Source of the DNA: an uncultured Bacteroidales bacterium
GTDB lineage: Bacteria; Bacteroidota; Bacteroidia; Bacteroidales; F082
DNA length: 64,000 nt
Direction of reading: 5' to 3'
Assembly (NCBI GenBank): GCA_900318465.1
Contig: ONKQ01000007.1
Coordinates: forward strand, 4,437 to 68,436
Both the position numbers and the translations under genes were made by a program. This document shows positions 19,559 to 28,590 of the stretch, one piece after another. Positions within the stretch are counted from its first letter, which is position 1. The number at the start of each line of letters is the position of its first letter. The notes under the pieces are model-generated. The model searched no databases, had not been told where the DNA came from, and worked only from the letters and a program-made list of their open reading frames with translations.

Positions 19559-19566
19559 TACTTTTG
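19559..19566 (+). promoter_or_regulatory. Bacteroidota-type -7 promoter box (TAnnTTTG)
   Basis: TACTTTTG, 21 nt upstream of ATG 19588. Confidence 0.5.
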
Positions 19567-19587
19567 CAAGCCTAAAAGCTAAAGACA

Positions 19588-20283
19588 ATGATTCTTTGTT
19601 TGGAAACTTCCACCTCGGTTTGTTCAGTGGCTCTCAATGAGAGTTGCTGCACCCTTGCACTACGTGAGAGCGAGAAGCAAAACGCTCATTCTGAAAAAAT
19701 TACAACATTTATCAAAGAAGTGATGGAAATTGCTGGCATTGGCTATTCCCAACTTGATGCAGTAGCGGTGAGCAAAGGGCCTGGCTCCTACACAGGCTTG
19801 CGCATCGGCGTGAGTACGGCCAAAGGCATTTGCTATGCCGCCGACCTCCCCATGATGGCTATCGACACCTTGGAGGCTATGGCCTACGGGATGAAAGAAA
19901 AACTCGGAAGCCAAATTGCTGAAAACGACCTGCTTATCCCGATGATTGATGCCCGAAGGATGGAAGTCTACGCCGCCGTATTCGATGCCAACTTGAATAG
20001 AATTCAAGACACCGCCGCCCTCGTCATCGACGAAAATGCGTTTGACGACCTGAAAAAAGACCATCGGCTATGGCTTTTTGGCGATGGTGCCCCGAAACTG
20101 AAAACCGTGTTCGCCGACCAACCCAACATCAGCATCGTGGAGGGTTTCAATCCTTCTGCCGCCTATATGCGACCGTTGGCGGAACGCGCTTTATTGAACA
20201 AGGATTTCGTCGACGTGGCTTATTTTGAGCCGTTCTATTTGAAAGATTTCATTGCGGGCAAACCGCATGTTAAGGGACTGTGA
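19588..20283 (+). CDS. tsaB: tRNA threonylcarbamoyladenosine biosynthesis protein TsaB
   Basis: 231 aa. MILCLETSTSVCSVAL and GPGSYTGLRIGVSTAKG motifs. Confidence 0.88.
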   Translation: MILCLETSTSVCSVALNESCCTLALRESEKQNAHSEKITTFIKEVMEIAGIGYSQLDAVAVSKGPGSYTGLRIGVSTAKGICYAADLPMMAIDTLEAMAYGMKEKLGSQIAENDLLIPMIDARRMEVYAAVFDANLNRIQDTAALVIDENAFDDLKKDHRLWLFGDGAPKLKTVFADQPNISIVEGFNPSAAYMRPLAERALLNKDFVDVAYFEPFYLKDFIAGKPHVKGL

Positions 20284-20286
20284 ATC

Positions 20287-20349
20287 AGTTGAAAGTTGAA
20301 AGTTAAAAGTTGAAAGTTGAAAGTTTAGAGTTTAGAGTTAATAGTTATG
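20287..20349. repeat. Heptamer tandem array (AGTTnnn)x9
   Basis: agttgaa agttgaa agttaaa agttgaa agttgaa agtttag agtttag agttaat agttATG. It fills the tsaB / M28 spacer, and the last unit carries the next start codon. Confidence 0.85.
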
Positions 20350-21570
20350 AAAAGACTGGTAATTATTGTGTTACTTCTGGCTGCGAGGTTTTGTGGTTTC
20401 GCACAGGCGCCGCATATTTATGAACACGACTACCCTGTGGTCACGGAAGAAAATCCCAGAATCCGTGCCTTGATAGACTCCGTTAGCATAGACAACCTCA
20501 AAGCCAATATCGAGCACCTTTGCAACTACCACAACCGACGTTTCGACAGCCGCCATATCTACGACGTGCAAGATTGGCTTGTCAGCTGCTATCAAAGTTT
20601 TGGTGTCGATACGGTGATGCTCCACGACTTCAAGGTGAACAAACCTGGATTTCCGGAAGAGACTGCCGACAACATCCTCGCTGTGCAATGGGGCACCCTC
20701 ATTCCTGAGGAATATGTCATTTGCGGAGCGCATTACGACTCGTGGAACGATGACGGCACCGACCCCGACACCATACGCGCCCCTGGTGCCGACGACAACG
20801 CCACGGGGGTGGCAGGCATATTGGAAACAGCCAGATTGTTAAGCCATTACACTTTCGACCGCACCATTATCTACGCCAACTGGTGTGCTGAGGAGATAGG
20901 CTTGGTTGGCAGTGCTGCATACGCCCATGATATGGCCGATCAGCGCATGGACATCGTGGGTTATTTCAACCTTGACATGACGGGCTATCTCGAAGAAGGC
21001 TCTGACATACACATCCATCTGATGTACACTGGGCAGGACTCGCTCCTCGCCAAAATGGTCTACAGCTTCAGTCACACCTATTTCCCTGAAATGCCCATCC
21101 GTCAAAACTGGTTGGCTTGGGGCGACAGCGATTATTCGTCATTTAATCGCAACGGTTATCCCGCAGTGCATCCCTTCGAAGACGTCCTTGCCAGCTCGCC
21201 TTACATCCATTCGAGACAAGATGTCTTAGGACTGAGTGTCAATAACTTGGAACAATCAAAGCGTTTCACTGAACTCAATTTGGGACTTGTGGCAACTCTG
21301 GCGGGTATCAACAATTACGGTGTGGCCGAAAACGAAGCGATAAATGTAACCCTTTACCCCAATCCTGCCCGTGATGTACTGAATATCGTCGCTGAAAACG
21401 GACTTCAACGCATCACCTTGAGCAACCTCATGGGCCAACAACTCACCACAATCAACCTAAATGGTGAAAACCGTTATAGGCTTGACACAAGCGACTTTGC
21501 CTCAGGTATTTATATGGTTCATATCGTGACTGGAAGTGGTGCAACTGCCAAACGTGTCGTATTGCAATAA
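20347..21570 (+). CDS. M28 family zinc aminopeptidase with T9SS C-terminal sorting domain
   Basis: Signal peptide. HYDSW, GADDNATG and CAEEIGLVGS metal-ligand contexts. The C-terminus LYPNPARDVLNIV...GIYMVHIVTGSGATAKRVVLQ is a T9SS CTD. Confidence 0.85.
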   Translation: MKRLVIIVLLLAARFCGFAQAPHIYEHDYPVVTEENPRIRALIDSVSIDNLKANIEHLCNYHNRRFDSRHIYDVQDWLVSCYQSFGVDTVMLHDFKVNKPGFPEETADNILAVQWGTLIPEEYVICGAHYDSWNDDGTDPDTIRAPGADDNATGVAGILETARLLSHYTFDRTIIYANWCAEEIGLVGSAAYAHDMADQRMDIVGYFNLDMTGYLEEGSDIHIHLMYTGQDSLLAKMVYSFSHTYFPEMPIRQNWLAWGDSDYSSFNRNGYPAVHPFEDVLASSPYIHSRQDVLGLSVNNLEQSKRFTELNLGLVATLAGINNYGVAENEAINVTLYPNPARDVLNIVAENGLQRITLSNLMGQQLTTINLNGENRYRLDTSDFASGIYMVHIVTGSGATAKRVVLQ

Positions 21571-21581
21571 ACCTGTCAGCT

Positions 21582-23192
21582 TCAGAATCCTGACAGCTGC
21601 ATCGTCACCGTCGGGATGAGCAGCAAAGCACCAATAACAATCAGGACAAGGATAAATTTCCAGATGAAACGCACCCATTTGTCCCACGGGATGCGGGCCA
21701 CACCGAGGGCAGCCATCAGCACACCGCTGGTGGGAGTAATCATATTCGTGAAGCCGTCTCCAAACTGGAACGCCACCACCGTAGCCTGACGCGAAATGCC
21801 AATCAAGTCGCTGAAAGGTGCCATGATAGGCATGGTGATGGCAGCTTTGGCCGAACCGCTTGGGATGACAATATTAATAAGGGTTTGTATGCCGTACATA
21901 ATTTCGGCAGAGGCAATCTGCCCCAAGTCGTTCATCGACTTGGACAGGCCATAAAGAATGGTGTCGATGATGCCGCCATCTTGAAGCACGATGACGATAC
22001 CACCCGCCAAACCCACGATGACCGCCGCCGAAAGGATGTCGCCCATACCTTCGAGGAAGAGTTTTGCGATGTCGCTCGCACTCTTGTCAACAGACAATCC
22101 ACTGGTGATGCCCAAAACCAAGAACAGCGAGGCAATCTCCATGATATACCAGTCGTAGCCCAGCACACCCACCACGAGGATATACACTGTGGCGAATAGC
22201 AGCGTCAGCACGAAATAATGCACCGTCTTGCGCAATGTGATAAAACCAAACAGGACAAAAACCGCAGTGCCAACAGGCAGCAAAGGCAGTGTGCGTTGTG
22301 CATTGCCAATCTTCAAAGTAGTCATCGAATACAGCACCGAAAACACGATGAGCACCGCTGTCAAGAAAGCGAACACCCACCAGGCTTTACGAGGCGTGTA
22401 GCGTTGCATTTCCTCTTCAGGCACCTCCGCCATTTTGCGCCAATAGGCATCATCCTCGTACATGATGGACGACTTGGGGTCCTTTTTCACCTTATTGGCA
22501 TACCACAAGACGAACACGATGCCGACGACAGTGAGTATAGCCCAACAAACGGCACGGTAGCCAATGCCTGTAAACAACGGAATCTCAGCAATGCCTTGCG
22601 CAATGCCAATGGTGAAGGGGTTGAGCATAGCTCCCGAAAATCCGATATGCGCCGCCACATACACCATGCAGAGGCCAACGATGCTGTCATAGCCCATCGA
22701 AACAGCTAAAGGAATGATAATCAGGGTGAAAGCGATGGTTTCTTCACTCATGCCGAACACGCTTCCGAAAAGGCTGAACAACAACATCACCAAAATAATA
22801 ACGATGTTATTAACTCCGACACGTCGAATCATTTGGTTATGCTCCAAGCGTTTGGTGAACTTCAAGAACGACAAGATGCCCATGTCGATTGCCCGACTTT
22901 TGTTCATAATCCAAAACGCGCCACCTATGATTAAAATGAACACGATGATGTTGGCCTGCTTCACAAAACCCTTGTAAAAAGCCGAAAACACCTGCCATGT
23001 CTGAGGCTCTGCATGGAATTCAGCAGCTTGTGCCTCAGGCAGTTGGCCAGCGTAATAAAAAGTCATCACCGTTTCGCCGCCGACTTGCTCAGACACATAT
23101 TTCCCCGGAGGGATAATCCAAGTGAGCACCGCCGCAACGACGATGATAAAGAACACGATAACGAAGGTATGCGGAACTTTGCGTTTTTTCAT
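21582..23192 (-). CDS. yfcC: YfcC family membrane transporter (DcuC-like anaerobic carrier superfamily)
   Basis: 536-aa polytopic membrane protein. The N-terminus MKKRKVPHTFVIVFFIIVVAAVLTWIIPPGKY is typical of YfcC proteins. Confidence 0.75.
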   Translation of the reverse strand: MKKRKVPHTFVIVFFIIVVAAVLTWIIPPGKYVSEQVGGETVMTFYYAGQLPEAQAAEFHAEPQTWQVFSAFYKGFVKQANIIVFILIIGGAFWIMNKSRAIDMGILSFLKFTKRLEHNQMIRRVGVNNIVIILVMLLFSLFGSVFGMSEETIAFTLIIIPLAVSMGYDSIVGLCMVYVAAHIGFSGAMLNPFTIGIAQGIAEIPLFTGIGYRAVCWAILTVVGIVFVLWYANKVKKDPKSSIMYEDDAYWRKMAEVPEEEMQRYTPRKAWWVFAFLTAVLIVFSVLYSMTTLKIGNAQRTLPLLPVGTAVFVLFGFITLRKTVHYFVLTLLFATVYILVVGVLGYDWYIMEIASLFLVLGITSGLSVDKSASDIAKLFLEGMGDILSAAVIVGLAGGIVIVLQDGGIIDTILYGLSKSMNDLGQIASAEIMYGIQTLINIVIPSGSAKAAITMPIMAPFSDLIGISRQATVVAFQFGDGFTNMITPTSGVLMAALGVARIPWDKWVRFIWKFILVLIVIGALLLIPTVTMQLSGF

Positions 23193-23211
23193 GGGTTTTC
23201 CATTTTGCGGG

Positions 23212-23219
23212 CAAAGGTA
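23212..23219 (-). promoter_or_regulatory. Bacteroidota-type -7 promoter box (TAnnTTTG)
   Basis: Plus strand CAAAGGTA, 19 nt upstream of ATG 23192. Divergent from the box at 23233-23240. Confidence 0.45.
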
Positions 23220-23232
23220 TTGAAAAACTTCC

Positions 23233-23240
23233 TATTTTTG
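23233..23240 (+). promoter_or_regulatory. Bacteroidota-type -7 promoter box (TAnnTTTG)
   Basis: TATTTTTG, 16 nt upstream of ATG 23257. Confidence 0.5.
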
Positions 23241-23256
23241 CCGAAAAGATTTCATT

Positions 23257-23892
23257 ATGCGCAAGACTTGTTTCCTTTTAGCGACCCTGATTTTGATCGC
23301 TTCGTGCAAAAAAACCGAGCCACAAGGTGGTGGTGACAACACTCCCGAACCTTCAGCACCCAAATATGAAGTCGGGGATTATTTCAAAAATGACACTCTT
23401 GAGGGCATCGTGTTTTTCACTGTATCGAATGGAACCCACGGACTGATGGTGAGCCTTGAGGAAGCACTACTGCCTTGGTGCATCGACACTTACATCAATG
23501 AGGAAACGGGAGCCACCAACCGAAGCGAAGGCTGGAACAACACCAACATCCTGAATTCGAACTACGACCTCAGCCACTACCCCACCATAGAATGGAGCTA
23601 TCTGCGCAACACTTGGAACCTCGTGCATTATCCGCACCGCATCATCAAGGCAAACCAATGGTATGTGCCGGCGCAGCGGGAGTTGTACTATTTGCTGAAA
23701 AACCACGAAGCTGTCAGTGCCACTTTGGAGGCGCGAGGTTGTCCCACGTTGGAAGACAAAACCTATTGGTCGAGCACTGAAACGGGCACACGGGGTGCGG
23801 GCTTTGGCAAGGCCAACGACAATGGAGACGTGGATTGGGGCGAGGATTTGAAGACCAAAGAGTACTACGTCCGCGCTGTGCGCAATTTCTGA
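23257..23892 (+). CDS. Lipoprotein, DUF1566 (Lcl C-terminal)-like
   Basis: Lipobox LILIASC. QWYVPAQRELYYLL and YWSSTE resemble the W-x-LP-x-x-EL / YW(S/T)S pattern of DUF1566. Confidence 0.5.
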   Translation: MRKTCFLLATLILIASCKKTEPQGGGDNTPEPSAPKYEVGDYFKNDTLEGIVFFTVSNGTHGLMVSLEEALLPWCIDTYINEETGATNRSEGWNNTNILNSNYDLSHYPTIEWSYLRNTWNLVHYPHRIIKANQWYVPAQRELYYLLKNHEAVSATLEARGCPTLEDKTYWSSTETGTRGAGFGKANDNGDVDWGEDLKTKEYYVRAVRNF

Positions 23893-23900
23893 AAAACAGT

Positions 23901-25379
23901 TTATTTCTTTTTCGCCACGGGGTCGCAGGTGAGACCGATGCCAAGTTTCTTGAAAATCTTGTGGTCCACTTCGCTGAGCATCACAGTGCAATGCATCTGA
24001 CAGCCTTCAAGTTGTGGCAAACACTCCAAGGCTTTCTTGCAGCTCTCATCCCAAAGGCTGAGCATGGAGAGTGCCACCAAAACCTCGTCGGTATGCAGGC
24101 GTGGGTTCTTGCCGTGCAGGATGTTGACCTTGGTCTCCTGAATGGGTTCTATCATGGCCTGCGGGATGAGTTTCACATCGTGGGCAATGCCTGCCAAATG
24201 CTTGGTAGCGTTGAGCAATAGTGCAGCACTGGGCCCCAGCAGCGGCGTCGATTTGGACGTGATGATGGTGCCGTCAGCCAGTTCGATGGCGGCGGCATCG
24301 CCTCCCGTTTCTTCCTTGCGGGCTTTGGCGGCAAGGGTCGTCTTGCGGTCGGCAGTACTGATTTTGGCCTGTTTCATCAAAAGGCCTATCTTGTTGACTT
24401 CGCTTTCGTTAGCCTTGCCCATGGCGAGGTTGCAGAGTGCAGTATAATAGCGTCGTATAATCTCTTGCTTGGAGGCTTCGCAACAAACCTCATCGTCGCA
24501 GAGGCAATATCCCACCATGTTGACACCCATGTCGGTAGGCGACTTGTAGGGGTTCTCGCCATAAATGCTCTCGAAAATGGCATTCAGCACCGGGAAAATC
24601 TCGATGTCGCGGTTGTAGTTGACAGCCGTATCGCCGTAGGCCTCAAGGTGGAACGGGTCAATCATGTTCACATCGCTGAGGTCGGCGGTGGCAGCTTCGT
24701 AGGCCACATTGACTGGATGCTTCAGTGGAAGATTCCAAACGGGGAAGGTCTCAAATTTGGCGTAGCCCGCCTTGATGCCGCGTTTGTTCTCTTGATAAAG
24801 TTGGCTCAGGCAGACAGCCATCTTGCCGCTGCCAGGACCAGGAGCGGTGACCACGACCAAAGGACGGGTGGTCTCCACATAGTCGTTGCGTCCAAAACCT
24901 TCATCAGAGTCAATCAAGGCGACATTGTTCGGATAGCCTTCGATGAGGCGATGGTAGTAGACTTTGATGCCCATGCGTTCCAAACGGTGACGGTAGGCAT
25001 CCGTGCTGGCCTGACCATTGTAATGGGTAATGACCACTGCGCTAACCATGAAGCCACGACTAATAAAGGCCTCGCGGAGACGCAATACATCGACATCGTA
25101 GGTAATGCCCAAGTCGCCCCGAATCTTGTTTTTCTCAATGTCGACCGCGCTGATAACTATGATGATTTCAGCCACATCCGACAATTGCATGAGCATTTTC
25201 AGCTTGCTATCAGGCTCAAAACCAGGCAACACACGGCTGGCGTGAAAGTCATCGAAGAGTTTTCCGCCAAATTCAAGGTAAAGCTTGTCGCCGAATTTCG
25301 CAATCCGGTCTTTGATGTGTTCCGACTGTATTTTGAGGTATTTTTCGTTGTCGAACCCGTATTTCATCTGACTTTTCAT
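23901..25379 (-). CDS. DUF1846 (UPF0371) family protein
   Basis: ORF 23901..25697. Start set to ATG 25379 (MKSQMKYGFDNEKYLKIQSEHI...), which matches the usual DUF1846 N-terminus and lies 27 nt downstream of a -7 box. Confidence 0.8.
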   Translation of the reverse strand: MKSQMKYGFDNEKYLKIQSEHIKDRIAKFGDKLYLEFGGKLFDDFHASRVLPGFEPDSKLKMLMQLSDVAEIIIVISAVDIEKNKIRGDLGITYDVDVLRLREAFISRGFMVSAVVITHYNGQASTDAYRHRLERMGIKVYYHRLIEGYPNNVALIDSDEGFGRNDYVETTRPLVVVTAPGPGSGKMAVCLSQLYQENKRGIKAGYAKFETFPVWNLPLKHPVNVAYEAATADLSDVNMIDPFHLEAYGDTAVNYNRDIEIFPVLNAIFESIYGENPYKSPTDMGVNMVGYCLCDDEVCCEASKQEIIRRYYTALCNLAMGKANESEVNKIGLLMKQAKISTADRKTTLAAKARKEETGGDAAAIELADGTIITSKSTPLLGPSAALLLNATKHLAGIAHDVKLIPQAMIEPIQETKVNILHGKNPRLHTDEVLVALSMLSLWDESCKKALECLPQLEGCQMHCTVMLSEVDHKIFKKLGIGLTCDPVAKKK

Positions 25380-25406
25380 GGTGCTTAAATTTATGAATAC
25401 GGGATG

Positions 25407-25414
25407 CAAAGGTA
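25407..25414 (-). promoter_or_regulatory. Bacteroidota-type -7 promoter box (TAnnTTTG)
   Basis: Plus strand CAAAGGTA, 27 nt upstream of ATG 25379. Confidence 0.45.
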
Positions 25415-25446
25415 CAAATAAACAGAATACGGGTTTGTTTTTTTCG

Positions 25447-25454
25447 TATTTTTG
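25447..25454 (+). promoter_or_regulatory. Bacteroidota-type -7 promoter box (TAnnTTTG)
   Basis: TATTTTTG, 16 nt upstream of ATG 25471. Confidence 0.5.
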
Positions 25455-25470
25455 CGCAAATTTTTGGAAT

Positions 25471-26325
25471 ATGTTTACACGACGCAGAAGATGGCGCGTG
25501 CCGGCGGGACAAGAACCTACCGCATTCGACAAGAAAATCATGGCAATGGAAAGCAAAGGCGCATTAGTGCCCAAGCGCAGCCTCATACGCACCCCCGAAG
25601 AAATTGAGGGCATCAAGAAGAGCGGTGTCATCAACACGGGCATCCTTGATTTGATTGGCGAGAAAATCCACGCCGGAATGAGTACCTTAGAAATCAACGA
25701 ATTGGCTCATAACTACACCATTGAGCACGGAGCCATCCCCGCCACTTTGGGATACGAAGGCTTCCCCAAGAGCGTTTGCACCTCTATTAATGAAGTGGTT
25801 TGTCACGGCATTCCATCGGCAAAGGAAATCCTGAAAGAAGGCGATATTATTAATGTGGACTGTACCACTATCCTCAACGGATTTTATGCCGACGCGTCGC
25901 GCATGTACGTCATCGGCAAGACCTCGCCGCGCAAGCAGAAACTCGTTGATGTGGCCAAGGAGTGCCTCTATATCGGCATGGAAGCCGCCCAACCTTTTGG
26001 CTTTGTGGGCGACATCGGCAATGCCATTGAGCGTCATGCACACAAGAACGGCTTCAGTGTGGTGCGCGACCTTTGCGGCCACGGCGTGGGGCTCAAGTTC
26101 CACGACGACCCCGAAGTGCTACACTATGGCAAGAAAGGCAAGGGAATGCTCCTCGTGCCAGGAATGGTGTTCACCATCGAGCCGATGATTAACATGGGCA
26201 CGTGGAAGGTCTTCGTCGACAGTGCCGACGGATGGACTGTCATCACAGAGGACGAACTGCCCTCGGCACAATGGGAACACACCTTCCTGATGACAGAAAC
26301 GGGATTGGAGATTTTGACGCATTAA
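25471..26325 (+). CDS. map: Type I methionine aminopeptidase
   Basis: ORF 25378..26325 trimmed to ATG 25471. VCHGIPS, NVDCT..NGFYADASRMY, GHGVG, FTIEPMI and AQWEHT metal-ligand contexts. Confidence 0.9.
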   Translation: MFTRRRRWRVPAGQEPTAFDKKIMAMESKGALVPKRSLIRTPEEIEGIKKSGVINTGILDLIGEKIHAGMSTLEINELAHNYTIEHGAIPATLGYEGFPKSVCTSINEVVCHGIPSAKEILKEGDIINVDCTTILNGFYADASRMYVIGKTSPRKQKLVDVAKECLYIGMEAAQPFGFVGDIGNAIERHAHKNGFSVVRDLCGHGVGLKFHDDPEVLHYGKKGKGMLLVPGMVFTIEPMINMGTWKVFVDSADGWTVITEDELPSAQWEHTFLMTETGLEILTH

Positions 26326-26334
26326 AGCAGAAAC

Positions 26335-27357
26335 ATGATGGAAAAACAGATACTTTTAGGAAAGACCCCCGCTGAACTGCAAGAAATTGTGACCGAGTTG
26401 GGCCTGCCAAAGTTCACCACCAAGCAGCTCATCGATTGGATTTACCAAAAACGTTGCGCCTCGTTCGACGACATGACGAACTTGAGCAAGGCGACAAGAG
26501 CCTTATTGGATGAGCATTTCGAAATCGGCCTTCATGCCCCGTTGAAGGAACAACTTTCGAAGGACGGCACAAAGAAATACCTCTTTCCCGCTGGTGAGCA
26601 TCACATCGAGGCGGCTTATATCCCCGACAAGGAACGCGCCACGCTGTGCATCTCAACGCAGGTAGGCTGTCAGATGGACTGCCTCTTTTGCGCCACGGGC
26701 AAACAAGGTTTCCAGAAAAACCTTTCGGTGGCCGAAATCGTCAACCAAGTGCTCAGTCTGCCCGAGTTCGACACGTTGACCAACATCGTCGTGATGGGCA
26801 TGGGCGAGCCATTGGCCAACTATGACAACCTGATGGGTGCCCTGTCGATATTCACCGAAGAATGGGGCTTGGCATGGAGTCCAACCCGCATCACTGTCTC
26901 AACCTGCGGCCTCATTCCCAACCTGAAACGTTTCCTTGAAGAATCGAAATGCAACCTCGCCATCAGTATGCACAGTCCTTTCCACGATGAGCGCCTCAAA
27001 CTGATGCCCGTGGAGAAGACCTATCCCATCAAGGAAGTCATCCACGCCGTGCGCCAACACGACTGGCATGGGCAACGACGCCTATCGTTTGAGTACATTG
27101 TCTTCAAGGACCTCAATGCCACCAAGGACCACATCAAGGAAATTGCGCGACTGTTGGGTAGCACTCGTTGCCGCGTCAATTTAATAAGGTATCATGCCGT
27201 GCCGAACATCCCGCTGAAGAGTCCCGATGCGGCCACGATGACCTGGTTCCGCGACGCCTTGAACGAAAAGGGCATCATCGCCACCATACGTGCCTCGCGC
27301 GGCCAAGACATCGATGCTGCCTGCGGACTGCTGTCGACTAAAGAAATTGATTTATAA
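26335..27357 (+). CDS. rlmN: 23S rRNA (adenine2503-C2)-methyltransferase, radical SAM
   Basis: 340 aa. Radical-SAM CxxxCxxC motif GCQMDCLFCATG. C-terminal ...GQDIDAACG. Confidence 0.9.
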   Translation: MMEKQILLGKTPAELQEIVTELGLPKFTTKQLIDWIYQKRCASFDDMTNLSKATRALLDEHFEIGLHAPLKEQLSKDGTKKYLFPAGEHHIEAAYIPDKERATLCISTQVGCQMDCLFCATGKQGFQKNLSVAEIVNQVLSLPEFDTLTNIVVMGMGEPLANYDNLMGALSIFTEEWGLAWSPTRITVSTCGLIPNLKRFLEESKCNLAISMHSPFHDERLKLMPVEKTYPIKEVIHAVRQHDWHGQRRLSFEYIVFKDLNATKDHIKEIARLLGSTRCRVNLIRYHAVPNIPLKSPDAATMTWFRDALNEKGIIATIRASRGQDIDAACGLLSTKEIDL

Positions 27358-27558
27358 ACTTGCCATTCCTTTGGGATTCGGATGGGTATTGTGTTTTTTG
27401 GCAGGGGTTGAAGCCACCTGCTTAATATTGTATTGCCCATACAGAGTTCCCAAGTCCCGTAGGGACGACGGAATTTAAGCAGGGGTGGAATGTAATGGAA
27501 CCCCTGCCGTCAAAACGAAACAAAAACATGGAAGCTTTGAACGTATCAAAGAATTGAT

Positions 27559-27566
27559 TATTTTTG
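27559..27566 (+). promoter_or_regulatory. Bacteroidota-type -7 promoter box (TAnnTTTG)
   Basis: TATTTTTG, 19 nt upstream of ATG 27586. Confidence 0.5.
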
Positions 27567-27585
27567 CCCCCAACAATTCAACAAT

Positions 27586-28437
27586 ATGACGGACAAGATA
27601 AAACTCTTTGAACAAAAGCAAATTAGAACCCATTGGGATGCCGAAAGCGAAGAATGGTATTTTTCAGTAGTGGATATTTGCAATGTGTTATCAGAATCTT
27701 CAAGTAAAGACCCTGGTGCTTATTGGCGAAAACTGAAACAACGGCTAAAAGCAGAAGGAAGTGAGGTCGTGACAAATTGTCACGAACTGAAAATGCAAGC
27801 AGCAGACGGCAAGTTTTACAAAACTGACTGCATGACCACGAAAAACATTCTGCGTCTGGTGCAATCCATCCCTTCGCCCAAGGCGGAGCCTTTCAAACTA
27901 TGGTTGGCCGAAGTGGGTAACCAACGGCTTGAGGAAATCGCCGACCCCGAAAAGGCCATCCTTCGCGGTGCCGACTATTACCGAGCCAAAGGCTACACCG
28001 AAGGTTGGATTAACCAACGCCTGCAAAGCATCGAAATGCGCAAGGAACTGACAGACGAATGGAAGGCGCGTGGCATTGAAGAGGAAAAGGATTACGCGAT
28101 ACTCACCAACGAAATGACCAAGGCTTGGAGCGGCCTCACCGTGAAGGAATACAAGCAACTCAAAGGCTTGAAGAAAGAAAACCTGCGCGACAATATGACC
28201 AATATCGAATTGGTTCTGAATATGTTGGCCGAAGTTTCCACAACGGCTATTTCGAAGGCACGGGAGCCAAAAACCTTTGCCGAGAACAAAAGCGTGGCCA
28301 ACGAAGGCGGAAAAATCGCCCATACCGCCCGCAAAAACCTTGAAAAACAAATTGGCCAGACAGTCATTTCACCTTTGAACGCCTCCGACAAACCTGCTTT
28401 GGAAATACAAGGCGATTATGAATTATTAGAAGAATAA
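27586..28437 (+). CDS. BRO-N domain protein (DinD / phage antirepressor-like)
   Basis: 283 aa. The N-terminal segment IRTHWDAESEEWYFSVVDICNVL and SPKAEPFKLWLAEVGNQRLEEIADPE match the BRO-N / DNA-damage-inducible protein D pattern. Confidence 0.7.
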   Translation: MTDKIKLFEQKQIRTHWDAESEEWYFSVVDICNVLSESSSKDPGAYWRKLKQRLKAEGSEVVTNCHELKMQAADGKFYKTDCMTTKNILRLVQSIPSPKAEPFKLWLAEVGNQRLEEIADPEKAILRGADYYRAKGYTEGWINQRLQSIEMRKELTDEWKARGIEEEKDYAILTNEMTKAWSGLTVKEYKQLKGLKKENLRDNMTNIELVLNMLAEVSTTAISKAREPKTFAENKSVANEGGKIAHTARKNLEKQIGQTVISPLNASDKPALEIQGDYELLEE

Positions 28438-28561
28438 AGTAGTCATCACGAAGTGACGATAGAATTCCCGCTTCAACAGAGGGCAGGGGAATTCGGCAGG
28501 CGGTGAAATGCAATGGACCCCCTACAAACAAAACAAGGTTTGGAGAATTGCGAAATAGTCG

Positions 28562-28569
28562 TAAATTTG
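28562..28569 (+). promoter_or_regulatory. Bacteroidota-type -7 promoter box (TAnnTTTG)
   Basis: TAAATTTG, 21 nt upstream of ATG 28591. This supports the shorter start for the next gene. Confidence 0.45.
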
Positions 28570-28590
28570 TGGCGCGAAAAAGATTGGGCT

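Noticed and set aside
25380-25697. 5' extensions of ORF-track models. Examples: DUF1846 to 25697, glyA to 35709, the DUF3089 fusion from 35806, tyrS from 37608, map from 25378, lptD from 53476, yceD from 59520, MNT from 60448, rfbB to 16647.
   Set aside because: The extensions start upstream of, or across, consensus TAnnTTTG promoter boxes. Some use TTG/GTG, and all add non-homologous residues ahead of well-known N-termini. I chose internal ATG (or TTG for lptD) starts instead.
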